Origin: an uncultured Candidatus Rokubacteria bacterium
GTDB lineage: Bacteria > Methylomirabilota > Methylomirabilia > Rokubacteriales > CSP1-6
Direction of reading: 5' to 3'
Assembly: GCA_963754315.1 (NCBI GenBank)
Contig: CAVWFS010000011.1
Location: 1-64,000 of the forward strand
DNA length: 64,000 nt
Part shown: positions 48,024 through 57,094 of the stretch, in pieces
Layout of the letters: each line of letters begins with the position of its first letter
Position numbering within the stretch: the first letter of the stretch is position 1
Program-made: the position numbers and the translations under genes
Notes under the pieces: model-generated
Database searches by the model: none
What the model saw: the letters and a program-made list of their open reading frames with translations, nothing else
Told to the model about the DNA's origin: nothing

Positions 48024-49984
48024 GACTTCTCCGATCCGCCCTCGGTTTCGTTCTGCCGCGCCACGGCGTCGGAAAGGCTCTTCAGAATCTCCATGGTCAC
48101 CTCGGGACGGTTGTGGATCAACCATTCGAGCCGCTCGTTCTTGATGACGAGCAGGTCCACGTCCGTGGCCGCGACGATATCGGCCGAGCGTTTGCCCTTG
48201 CGGAAGAGCGCCATCTGGCCGACGAGCTCTCCCTCGCCGAGCTTGGTCAGGACGCGATGGCTTCCATTGTCGCGACGACGGATCTCCACCGTCCCCGCGT
48301 GCACGATGAACGCCTCGCCCTGAGGATCGTCCCCCTCCAGGCAGATGGTCTCGCCCTTGTTGAAGTGGCGCTTCTCCATGTCGCCCAGGGTGAGGTTCTT
48401 GTAGAGCTCGACCCCGATGGAAGGCAGGGCGGACTTGGCCTCCATGGGAAGCCGGGCGTTCGTCCATCCACCTAATCCGCCCTTCAAGATCCGGACGTCC
48501 TTCCAGCCGCGCTTGCGCAGCACCTGGGCGACGCGCGCGCTGGTGGCCTCCTGCGGGCTCGTGTCGTAGGCGACGAGGATCTGCGCTTTTTCCGCCGTCA
48601 GATCCACCCGGTCGGCATCGACCTCTTCCGGCGACAGCCGGCGAGCCCTGGGCAGCTTCAGTGGACTCGTTTCATAGTCGCTCTTGGTGCGCACATCGAT
48701 CAACACCGGAGCCTTGCCGCTCTCGATGAGGCCGATAACCTGGGCGGGCAGAATGCGGTAGCGGTTCTTCCACCATCGCTGGGCGAGCATGGCCCCGTAA
48801 ACGCCGACGCTCACGAGGGTCACGCCGATGGACACCCAGATCCAGGGGAACGGGCGAGGCGGGGGATTCTTCACCTTGAATTCTGCCTCGGTCAGCGCGC
48901 GCTTCACGGCGGCAAGGTTTGGCAGGATCTTGTTGGCCTCGGTCAGCTTGGTCACCGCCTGCGAGTAACGCTCGGCGAACAGCGCGCTGAGGCCGGCCGT
49001 CCACGCCGCGTTGAACCCGCTGTCGCGACCGGGGACGATGTCGGTGCCCTCGAGGAACGTGCGCACGTCGCGGGCCGGGATCAGGAAATTGAAGCCCTGC
49101 ACGATCGCCCCGTCCTGTGACCGCGAGATGAAGGTCAGCACGCCAAGCACAGTGGCACTGTCGCTGATCGCGGGCCCTCCGCTGTTCCCAAAGGTGGCGG
49201 GGGCGTCCGTTTGGACGAGATCCTGCCCGATGGCGTCCTCCTTGAGACCCGACACGGTGCCGTTGGTGACGGTAGCCTCCAGGGCGGCGCTCCGATTGAG
49301 GAGCTCGTGGGAGAGCACGACACCGGGAAAGCCCAGGATGTGGACGGGATCTCCGACCTTCGGCTCCCGGCTGGCCAGCGCTAGGGCCGGGTATGCACCC
49401 AGCTTTACTTGGATGAGGGCGAGGTCACGTCCGGAATCCGGGGTGGGGCGGCCGGCGCTGTCGGTATACAAAGGGGCGCTGAACTTCTTTACCTCGGCGT
49501 TGAGCTTCGTGCCGTTCGAGAGCAGGACGCTGAGCTCGGGGATCGGCTTGAGCTTGGCGGTGGCAAGCCCTCGCGCCGAGGCCTGCCGGCGGATCAGCTC
49601 CTCAACGTCTGGCTTTTCGCCGCGCATCAGCCGCCGGGCCCTCAGCTCCGGATCCACGCAAGCCTGCTCGATGGCCTTCTTCTTGAGCTCGTGTGTGACC
49701 CACGGCGGCAGGCGGTAACCGGGATCGACCACGTGGGCGTTTGTGACGAGGTACCCCCGGCCGTCGATGAACCAGCCCGTCCCCGTCTCGACGAAGGGAG
49801 CCGGGGTGACGGTGACCGGTCCCTGGCCGCAGTCCATGGTGATCTCGGCCCCCACGCTCGCGGTGATGAGGGCTACGGCGGGCGTGGCGATCTGGATGGC
49901 TTCCTGGAGGGTGAGGGCTCGCGCCTCCGGCGCGGCCCCGAGGGCCACCGGGAGCAGCAGCGCCAGGGCCCTGACGACTCTCAT
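48020..49984 (-). CDS. trypsin-like serine protease-TM-rhodanese-cNMP-binding fusion protein
   Basis: Signal peptide; TNAHVV / RDLAL / GNSGGP triad; TM WIWVSIGVTLVSVGVYGAML; LIDVR...LKGGLGGW rhodanese; LGEGELVGQMAL..RSA cNMP domain. Confidence 0.88.
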   Translation of the reverse strand: MRVVRALALLLPVALGAAPEARALTLQEAIQIATPAVALITASVGAEITMDCGQGPVTVTPAPFVETGTGWFIDGRGYLVTNAHVVDPGYRLPPWVTHELKKKAIEQACVDPELRARRLMRGEKPDVEELIRRQASARGLATAKLKPIPELSVLLSNGTKLNAEVKKFSAPLYTDSAGRPTPDSGRDLALIQVKLGAYPALALASREPKVGDPVHILGFPGVVLSHELLNRSAALEATVTNGTVSGLKEDAIGQDLVQTDAPATFGNSGGPAISDSATVLGVLTFISRSQDGAIVQGFNFLIPARDVRTFLEGTDIVPGRDSGFNAAWTAGLSALFAERYSQAVTKLTEANKILPNLAAVKRALTEAEFKVKNPPPRPFPWIWVSIGVTLVSVGVYGAMLAQRWWKNRYRILPAQVIGLIESGKAPVLIDVRTKSDYETSPLKLPRARRLSPEEVDADRVDLTAEKAQILVAYDTSPQEATSARVAQVLRKRGWKDVRILKGGLGGWTNARLPMEAKSALPSIGVELYKNLTLGDMEKRHFNKGETICLEGDDPQGEAFIVHAGTVEIRRRDNGSHRVLTKLGEGELVGQMALFRKGKRSADIVAATDVDLLVIKNERLEWLIHNRPEVTMEILKSLSDAVARQNETEGGSEKS

Positions 49985-50102
49985 GTGTGCTGGAACCGTA
50001 CCACGGAGCAGCCTGGTCCGCATCCGTCATTGGCCCGGCATCTGGCGATGAATCCGCCCGATCGAGGTACACGACCGACCACCGATCGGGCGGACCTGGG
50101 AA

Positions 50103-51503
50103 TTAGATCTTCACTACTAAATAAGAGGTTTTCCCGTCCCGCTGGACGAGCAGCAGCAAAGGCGCGCCGGGCTGAACGGCGTCCACCACCCGCCGAAGAT
50201 CGTCGGGGTTCTTGACCGGCTGGCGGTTGGCCTCGGTGATGACGTCGCCAGGGCGCAGTCCTGCCTCTGCAGCCGAGCTCCCTTCCGTGACGCGACGTAC
50301 AATCACGCCCGCCGGGGCCACGCCCAGCTGGCCGGCTAGCTCAGGTGTGACCGGCTCCACGGCGACACCCAGCCGCGCCCGCTGCTCCGTTTCGGGTTGG
50401 GGCGCCGACGAAAGCTGGGCCTCTTGCTCCCGCCGGGCCACCTTTGCGGTCAGCACGAGTGGCTTACCTTCGCGCAGCACGGACATCGTGACGTTCTTGC
50501 CGACGGGCGTGGCTGCCACCAGCAGCGACAGATCGGTCGTGCGCCCGATCTTGCGACCGTCCATCTCGATGATGACGTCACCACGCTTCAGGCCGGCCGC
50601 GGCGGCGGGCGAGCCCTCCCACACCTGGGAGACGAGGGCGCCCTCGGACCTCGGCAGACGGAGGCCTGCTGCGAGCTCGGCCGTCAGTGGCTGCGCGGTC
50701 ACGCCGAGCCAGCCGCGCACGACCTGGCCGCTCTCGGCGAGCTGAGGCACCACGAACTTGGCCAGGTTGACCGGTACGGCGAAGCCGATTCCGATGGAAC
50801 CGCCCGTGCGGCTGAAGATGGCGCTGTTGATCCCGATGACCTCACCTCGGGCGTTGATGAGCGGGCCCCCACTGTTGCCAGGGTTGATCGAGGCGTCGGT
50901 CTGGATGAAGTCGTCGTATGCGCCCTCTCCGATCACTCGTCCGGTGGCACTGACGATTCCCGTGGTCACCGTCTGCTCGAGACCAAAGGGATTCCCCACC
51001 GCCATGACTGGCTCGCCCACCCTGAGCGCGCTCGAGTCGCCAAGCGGGATGACCGGTAGGTTCGTCGCGTCGATCTTGAGCAGGGCCAGGTCGGTTTGCG
51101 GATCGCGACCGGCGATCTTGGCGTCGAACTCGCGGCCATCCGCGAGGCGAACGCGCACCGCGGTGGCACCGTCCACGACGTGATTGTTGGTCAGCGCGTA
51201 GCCGTCCGAGGTGATGATGACACCCGACGCGCGGCCGGCCTGTGGTGCCCGCCCCATCTGAGGGAGACCCCGTCCCGGCGCGCTGCGTAGCTGGGGGGCC
51301 ACGTTGACGACGGCGGGCTTGACAGCCTCGGCGATGGTGACCCAGTCAGCGACGATCGGGGGCTTGAGCGGCGGCTGGCCGGAACGCTCGGCCCAGTACT
51401 GACGGGGCGCGGCCTCGGCGAGTCCCAGGATGCACGATACGGTCAGGAACAGGCCGGCAGCGAGGGAGACCGCATGACGCCCTTGTTGAGCAGTACCTGG
51501 CAT
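50103..51503 (-). CDS. htrA: DegP/HtrA (Do) serine protease with two PDZ domains
   Basis: [14 protein letters not shown] and [15 protein letters not shown] motifs; two PDZ ([18 protein letters not shown]). Confidence 0.95.
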   Translation of the reverse strand: MPGTAQQGRHAVSLAAGLFLTVSCILGLAEAAPRQYWAERSGQPPLKPPIVADWVTIAEAVKPAVVNVAPQLRSAPGRGLPQMGRAPQAGRASGVIITSDGYALTNNHVVDGATAVRVRLADGREFDAKIAGRDPQTDLALLKIDATNLPVIPLGDSSALRVGEPVMAVGNPFGLEQTVTTGIVSATGRVIGEGAYDDFIQTDASINPGNSGGPLINARGEVIGINSAIFSRTGGSIGIGFAVPVNLAKFVVPQLAESGQVVRGWLGVTAQPLTAELAAGLRLPRSEGALVSQVWEGSPAAAAGLKRGDVIIEMDGRKIGRTTDLSLLVAATPVGKNVTMSVLREGKPLVLTAKVARREQEAQLSSAPQPETEQRARLGVAVEPVTPELAGQLGVAPAGVIVRRVTEGSSAAEAGLRPGDVITEANRQPVKNPDDLRRVVDAVQPGAPLLLLVQRDGKTSYLVVKI

Positions 51504-51638
51504 CGCTGAAACCTCCTTGGGGGTTTGGCGTTCTTTGGATGGCCGGCAGGGGCTTCCCCGAGACCCCGTTCGCTGGTCCCGGGTGAGCAGACGATTGCGA
51601 CGCCCGGTCTATTCGCCCTCCCAGGTGCGAAGCCCCTT

Positions 51639-54239
51639 CTATTCGCCTCCCAGGTACGCGCTCAACGTGGCGCCCTCGCGTGCCCGGAGGGTCACTGCAA
51701 TTCGGAGCTGCTCCAGATACTGCTCGAGGGTCTTGCCGCCGAAATCGATCTTCCGCTCGGCGAAGAACGCATGAACGCTCCGTTCCAGCTCTGGTGTCGC
51801 CAGCCCGCTCACCCCCTCGGCCAGACGCCGCAGCCCGTGCTTGGGGTACTGGCGCTCCATCGTGTCCCAGTTGGCCCGGACGAAATCCCACGCGAGCTCC
51901 CGGCCGTGGACCGTCATCAGCAGCGCCCTCGCCACAAACGGGGCATCCTGGGTCCGGATCTCGCCATTGATGGTCTTGGCCAAGGTGCGCTCGACCAGCT
52001 CACGCGATTGGAAGCCCACGAGAGCGTAGAGGTACCGCTGTTCCTCCTGGGGAGTGGTCGCGGCACGGAAGAGTCTGTAGAACTCCTCGTAGCGTACGGC
52101 ATCCCCCACGTGGGCGAGAACGGCGATGAGCGCGGGCAGCACGTTCGGGTCAACGGTGGCCGCGCCCTGCTGGTGCGCGGCGTACAGTTCCGCGGCTCGT
52201 CCTTGCGTCGGGCCGTCATTGCCGAGCGTGCCCAGGACACGAATCAAATCCCCGCGGAGCTGTCGCGTGAGCTCGTCCTCACCCTGCCGCGGCGTCCAGC
52301 CGAGCCGCTCCGCCGCGGGGTGTGTGCGGTCGCGCGTCAGCCGCTCGAGGCCCGGCCGGTCGCTCGGCCGGATGATCCGATTCAAGGTGTAGAGCGATCC
52401 GCTGAGAATGGTCCACACGTTCTTGTCCCGCTCGTCGCGGAATCGCGCTGTGAGATCCAGATACTCGGTGATGGGCATGAGCCCGGCGATGGCGGCCGCC
52501 CACGCATCACCTAGCAGGTTGAACCGTTCGATGGGGGCGAGGCCGTCCGGAAGTTTCCTCAGCAACCCCTCGAGCAGGTCTCGGCCGTAGCGCACGCGAT
52601 AGAACCCGTGCCCGCCCTCGTTGACGACGACCGCTTCGGGGGCGGTGGGGAGCGCGACGTGCGCCACGCCGTCGGTCAGGAGGACGCGCCGCACTTCCCG
52701 CTTCCCCGCGCTCTCCACGCGGATTTGCAAGGGGACCTGCCACCGTTGCTCGGCGGCGCTGACGACAGGAGCGTCGCTCCGGCCGGGGCTACTCTCGAGC
52801 GGCCGCTGCAGGTAGGTGAAGCGTTGCTGCTCGAGGACGAGCTCACGACCGTCCAGACGCGCGCTCACGATCGGAAAGCCCGGGCGAAAGATCCATCCGT
52901 CCATCAAGGCCGGGATCGGCTGGCCCGAGGCGCGACCGAGGGCGGCCCAGAGGTCACCGGTCGAAGCATTGCCGTAGGCATGGGCCTGGAGATAGCCGCG
53001 GACACCAGTCCGGAACACCTCGGGCCCCAGGTATTGCTCGAGCATGCGGAGCACCGACGCGCCCTTCTCGTAGGTGAGCACGTCGAACATGGCGTCGGCG
53101 TCCTTGGGCGCGTTCACCGGGAACTCGATGGGCCGGGTGCTGTGCAGCCCGTCCACTGCGAAGGCGGCCGATCGGGAAACCCCGAAGCTGGTCCACCGTT
53201 GCCACTGGGGTTTCCACGCGTCCACGGCCACCATCTCCAGGAAGGTCGCGAAGGCCTCGTTGAGCCAGATGCCATTCCACCAGTCCATGGTGACCAGATC
53301 ACCGAACCACATGTGCGCATTCTCGTGGGCCACCACGTCGGCCACGCGCTCGAGTTCGCTGTGCGTCGACGCCGTCTCGTCGACCAGGAGCGCCGTCTCA
53401 CGAAAGGTGATGGCGCCCAGGTTCTCCATGGCTCCCGCCGCGAAGTCGGGAATGGCCAGCAGGTCGAGCTTGTCACCCGGGTAGGGCACGCCGTAGTACT
53501 TCTCGAAGAAGGCCAGGGATGCGGCGCCGATCTCACGGCCGAAGGCGGCCAGGCGCCGCTTGCCCGGTGTGCACCACACGCGGAGGGGCGTGCGGCCCAC
53601 CATCACTGGTTCTGTGGCCTCCAGCTCGCCCACCACGAATGCCACTAGATATGTCGACATGATGATCGTGTCGGCGAAGGTCACGACTTTCTTGCCGCCC
53701 TCGGTGCGCTCCGAGACGACGGCCGTATTGGAGACCGCGTCAAAGGCGGGGTCGATCACGAGGGTCGTTGCGAAGACGGCTTTGAAGGCGGGCTCATCCC
53801 AGCAGGGGAAGGCGCGGCGTGCGTCGGTGGCCTCGAACTGTGTGGCGGCGAGCGTGCGGGTGGCGCCCGACTGGTCCTTGTAGCTGCTCCGGTAGAACCC
53901 CCGCAGCTTGTCGTTCAGGATGCCTCGGAAGCGGATCCGCAGACGCCACTGGCCCGGGGTGAGGGGTTCGGCGAAGCGCAGGCAGCAGCGCTCGGTGGGT
54001 TCCTCGACGAGAGCGATGCCCTGCTGGCGGCGCCCGCGATCGTTCGAGATCTCGACCTCGGAGATCGTGAGCTCGATGGCATTGAGCCAGACCTCGGAGG
54101 TAACCTCGACCACGGTCACCGTGATGGTCTCCTCGCCGTCGAAGGCGAAGGTCGTGAAGTCCGGAACCAGACGCAGCTCGTAGCGAGTCGGAATGACAGT
54201 CCGGGGGAGCCTGTAGGGATCCAGGGTCGTGTCCTCCAC
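51639..54239 (-). CDS. M1 family aminopeptidase (ERAP/puromycin-sensitive type)
   Basis: ATQFEATDARRAFPCWDEP, GAMEN, HENAH...WLNEAFA and YEKG motifs; real start near DPYRLP. Confidence 0.95.
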   Translation of the reverse strand: MEDTTLDPYRLPRTVIPTRYELRLVPDFTTFAFDGEETITVTVVEVTSEVWLNAIELTISEVEISNDRGRRQQGIALVEEPTERCCLRFAEPLTPGQWRLRIRFRGILNDKLRGFYRSSYKDQSGATRTLAATQFEATDARRAFPCWDEPAFKAVFATTLVIDPAFDAVSNTAVVSERTEGGKKVVTFADTIIMSTYLVAFVVGELEATEPVMVGRTPLRVWCTPGKRRLAAFGREIGAASLAFFEKYYGVPYPGDKLDLLAIPDFAAGAMENLGAITFRETALLVDETASTHSELERVADVVAHENAHMWFGDLVTMDWWNGIWLNEAFATFLEMVAVDAWKPQWQRWTSFGVSRSAAFAVDGLHSTRPIEFPVNAPKDADAMFDVLTYEKGASVLRMLEQYLGPEVFRTGVRGYLQAHAYGNASTGDLWAALGRASGQPIPALMDGWIFRPGFPIVSARLDGRELVLEQQRFTYLQRPLESSPGRSDAPVVSAAEQRWQVPLQIRVESAGKREVRRVLLTDGVAHVALPTAPEAVVVNEGGHGFYRVRYGRDLLEGLLRKLPDGLAPIERFNLLGDAWAAAIAGLMPITEYLDLTARFRDERDKNVWTILSGSLYTLNRIIRPSDRPGLERLTRDRTHPAAERLGWTPRQGEDELTRQLRGDLIRVLGTLGNDGPTQGRAAELYAAHQQGAATVDPNVLPALIAVLAHVGDAVRYEEFYRLFRAATTPQEEQRYLYALVGFQSRELVERTLAKTINGEIRTQDAPFVARALLMTVHGRELAWDFVRANWDTMERQYPKHGLRRLAEGVSGLATPELERSVHAFFAERKIDFGGKTLEQYLEQLRIAVTLRAREGATLSAYLGGE

Positions 54240-54267
54240 GAAAAGGTGGTGTTTCAACTTTACTGCA

Positions 54268-55128
54268 TCAGCGGCGGCCGAGCGCGTCGATCCCGACCAT
54301 GCCGACCAGAAAGCCGGCCAGCAGATCCCAGCCCGAGCTGTGCCCGAGGCGCACAAGGCACCGGATGGGGTCGAGGACGTCGCTGACACAAGCACGACGC
54401 TCGAGCGCGTCTGCCAGGTCGTGCAGTGGCTCGTGGCCGTGCCCCTCAGCCAGATCCGCGAGCAGCGCGAGGCTGATGCGATTGGTGCGTTGCCGCGCTC
54501 GGGCGATGAGCCGGGCGCTTGCCTGGCGCCAGGCTGCCCCGCCTGCGCCGTCCATGCGGGCGCGGGCGAAGAGGATGCCCCCCACGAAATCGTCACCGGC
54601 GGGAGTCAATCCAGGTCCGAGCCCGAGCAGCTTCTCCGCGGTTGCCGCCGCCTCGGTCGTGCGATCGCTGTCGCAGGCTCGAGCCAGATCGAGGATGACC
54701 GGCACCGCGCGCGCAAGCGGAAACGGTGGTTCTCGCCCGACGAGCAGCGAGCCGAGGCCGAGGGGCGACGGCAGGCACTCCGGGCGCTCGCGCAAGATGG
54801 TGAGCAAGGCACGCGTCGCTGCCGTCCGCGATGATCGATCGGCGAGCGGAGCCACGCCACGCGGTAGCCAGGGGCGGGCCCTAGCCAGATCGAGCGTGAT
54901 CGCCCCATCCGGGGGAATGCGGCCGAGCTCGTGATTGGTCAGCATCGCCCTTGGGTGGGGGACACCGCCAACGGGGCCGAGCCAGATCACTTCAGCGCCG
55001 GCGGTCAGGTAGAGCGACGTGGTGAGCGAGGCGAGAACGTGCGCGCGACCCTGGGCGGCCGCGAGCGCAGCCTCGGCTTTCCAGCCGATACAGGTGAGAG
55101 GGATTGTCGGGACAACCACGCGCGACAC
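54268..55128 (-). CDS. DUF2877 (YahE/AllH-like) protein
   Basis: LLGLGPGLTPAGDDFVGG and GHSSGWDLLAG motifs. Confidence 0.85.
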   Translation of the reverse strand: MSRVVVPTIPLTCIGWKAEAALAAAQGRAHVLASLTTSLYLTAGAEVIWLGPVGGVPHPRAMLTNHELGRIPPDGAITLDLARARPWLPRGVAPLADRSSRTAATRALLTILRERPECLPSPLGLGSLLVGREPPFPLARAVPVILDLARACDSDRTTEAAATAEKLLGLGPGLTPAGDDFVGGILFARARMDGAGGAAWRQASARLIARARQRTNRISLALLADLAEGHGHEPLHDLADALERRACVSDVLDPIRCLVRLGHSSGWDLLAGFLVGMVGIDALGRR

Positions 55129-55201
55129 GCTAGCACGGACTGTCCGTGAACGGCGGCAAGGGTGTCGACCGGTGGCGGGGTGTCAGGCCTCTGGTAAGGT
55201 G

Positions 55202-56434
55202 ATGCGCGTGAACCTGCGGGTCCTCGTGGTGGCCGGCGCCGTGGTGCTCGCGGCGCTGGCGGCGCCGGTGCCGGCTCGCGATTCGAGCTCTGATTTCCCG
55301 ACCAGGCACTGGCGGCAGCCCCTGGCCGCGCAGGGGAGGCCTCCCGCGAGTTTCTCCCCGCTCGAAGGGTCGCTCAATCCGGAGTCGTGCGGCACCTGCC
55401 ATCCCCTTCAGTACGGTGACTGGCGTGACAGCACTCATGCCGCCGCCAGTGGCCCCGGAATCGCGGGCCAGCTCGTGGAGATGTGGTCGTCCGATCCCGC
55501 ATCGGCCTCCGGATGCTACGCGTGTCATGCGCCGCTCGCGGAGCAGCGGCCATTCATCCGCGCCGGGGCGGGCATGAGCACCGGGGCGGCCTTCGAGAAG
55601 AACCCCGATTACGACCCGACCCTGGCCGACAAGGGCGTTCCGTGCGCGGCGTGCCACGTGCGCGGGCACGAGCGCTTCGGGCCGCCCCGTCGCGACGGAT
55701 CGCTCGAGAGCGGGGTGGCGCGCGAGACCTTGCCCCATCATGGGGTAACGCGCACCCCGGCGTTCCTCGCCTCCGAGTTCTGCCGCGGCTGCCACCAGTT
55801 CGCGCCGAACGGGCCCGCCCTCAACGGCAAGCTCCTTCAAGACACCTACGCCGAATGGCGAGCGAGCCCGTTCGCGCGTCGGGGAGTCCAGTGCCAGGAC
55901 TGTCACATGCCTGATCGCCGCCACCAGTGGCGGGGTATTCATGATCCGGCCATGGTGCGATCGGGACTGACCATCATCGCCCGCGCCGATGCCGCTCGCT
56001 ACCAACCGGGCGACTGGGCGTCGCTCGTCCTGACCGTCACCAGCACACGGATCGGTCACGCCTTTCCGACCTACGTCACCCCGCGCGTGATCATGCGTGT
56101 CGAGCTAGTCGATCGCGACAACCGGTCCGTTCCGGGGACCCGCGTCGAGAAACTCATCGCGCGCGAGGTTTCCCTCGATCTGTCGCGCGAGCTATTCGAC
56201 ACGCGCCTGCTGCCCGGTCAGAGCGCCACCCTGGCCTATCGACCCCGGCTCGACGCGCCCGGCCTGCGGGCGCGCTTCAGCGTGGTCGTCGAGCCTGACG
56301 CATTCTACGAGCGCTTCTTCGCGGTGCTGCTCCAGCAGGGCACGGGACGCGGAGAGAGCCAGATTCGTGAGGCGCTCGACGCCGCACGTCGCTCCCCCTT
56401 CACCGTCTTCACCCAGGATATTCCGCTGACCTGA
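55202..56434 (+). CDS. exported multiheme (5x CxxCH) c-type cytochrome
   Basis: Signal peptide; CGTCH, CYACH, CAACH, CRGCH, CQDCH; GHAFPT motif. Confidence 0.9.
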   Translation: MRVNLRVLVVAGAVVLAALAAPVPARDSSSDFPTRHWRQPLAAQGRPPASFSPLEGSLNPESCGTCHPLQYGDWRDSTHAAASGPGIAGQLVEMWSSDPASASGCYACHAPLAEQRPFIRAGAGMSTGAAFEKNPDYDPTLADKGVPCAACHVRGHERFGPPRRDGSLESGVARETLPHHGVTRTPAFLASEFCRGCHQFAPNGPALNGKLLQDTYAEWRASPFARRGVQCQDCHMPDRRHQWRGIHDPAMVRSGLTIIARADAARYQPGDWASLVLTVTSTRIGHAFPTYVTPRVIMRVELVDRDNRSVPGTRVEKLIAREVSLDLSRELFDTRLLPGQSATLAYRPRLDAPGLRARFSVVVEPDAFYERFFAVLLQQGTGRGESQIREALDAARRSPFTVFTQDIPLT

Positions 56435-56464
56435 CGCGAGCGACCGATTCACACTTGAGCGTGA

Positions 56465-56860
56465 CTAGGCTCGGAGCTTGCGGGTTCGCAGCGGGCACAC
56501 CTCGGCGATCGCCTCGAAGTCACGGTCGTGATGAGCCACAGTCAGCCCGTGGCGTACGGCGCAGGCGGCGATGAGACAGTCGACCCCGGAGCGAACGGTG
56601 AGGCCCGCCCGGCGGGCAGCTCGATAGAGGTGGACCGCCTCCTCGAACACCTCTTGCCGGAGGGGCGATTCGACAATTGGGAGTGCGAGCATGGCGTCAC
56701 GAGCTATCCGAAACGCCGGCTCATCACGAAAACCTTGGAGCACCTCCTGGACAACCGGCAGACACGTGACTACTTCCTCGACGTCCGCTACCGAATCGAG
56801 GGTCAGCCGGCTCGGCCGGCGAAACACCTCGACCCAGACGGAGGTATCAACGAGAACCAC
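56465..56860 (-). CDS. vapC: VapC PIN-domain toxin
   Basis: LVDTSVWV, EVLQG, DCLIAA and HDRDF motifs. Confidence 0.93.
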   Translation of the reverse strand: MVLVDTSVWVEVFRRPSRLTLDSVADVEEVVTCLPVVQEVLQGFRDEPAFRIARDAMLALPIVESPLRQEVFEEAVHLYRAARRAGLTVRSGVDCLIAACAVRHGLTVAHHDRDFEAIAEVCPLRTRKLRA

Positions 56861-57080
56861 GAGAGCGGCGGGCCACGCTTCGAGACTGATCGCCCCGCAT
56901 CTCGGCCAAGTTCCCCTCCCACAGGCCGGATCCGGCTAGCTCAAGGATTCGATTCGCGCGCACGCGACGCACGAATTCGGTGAGAGCCCGGGACACTGCT
57001 CCTGAATAGGTCCGCTCTCCGCTGAGCCGGACGGCCTCTTCCAGCAGATTCTCATCAAGCACAAGATTCGTACGTTTCAT
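56847..57080 (-). CDS. vapB: VapB antitoxin
   Basis: MKRTNLVLDENLLEEA...LAGSGLWEGNLAEMR; overlaps vapC. Confidence 0.88.
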   Translation of the reverse strand: MKRTNLVLDENLLEEAVRLSGERTYSGAVSRALTEFVRRVRANRILELAGSGLWEGNLAEMRGDQSRSVARRSRGSR

Positions 57081-57094
57081 GCGCATATTATACG

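Noticed and set aside
54240..54596. N-terminal extension making the M1 peptidase 985 aa
   Set aside because: It overlaps the DUF2877 gene in another frame; homology starts at DPYRLP
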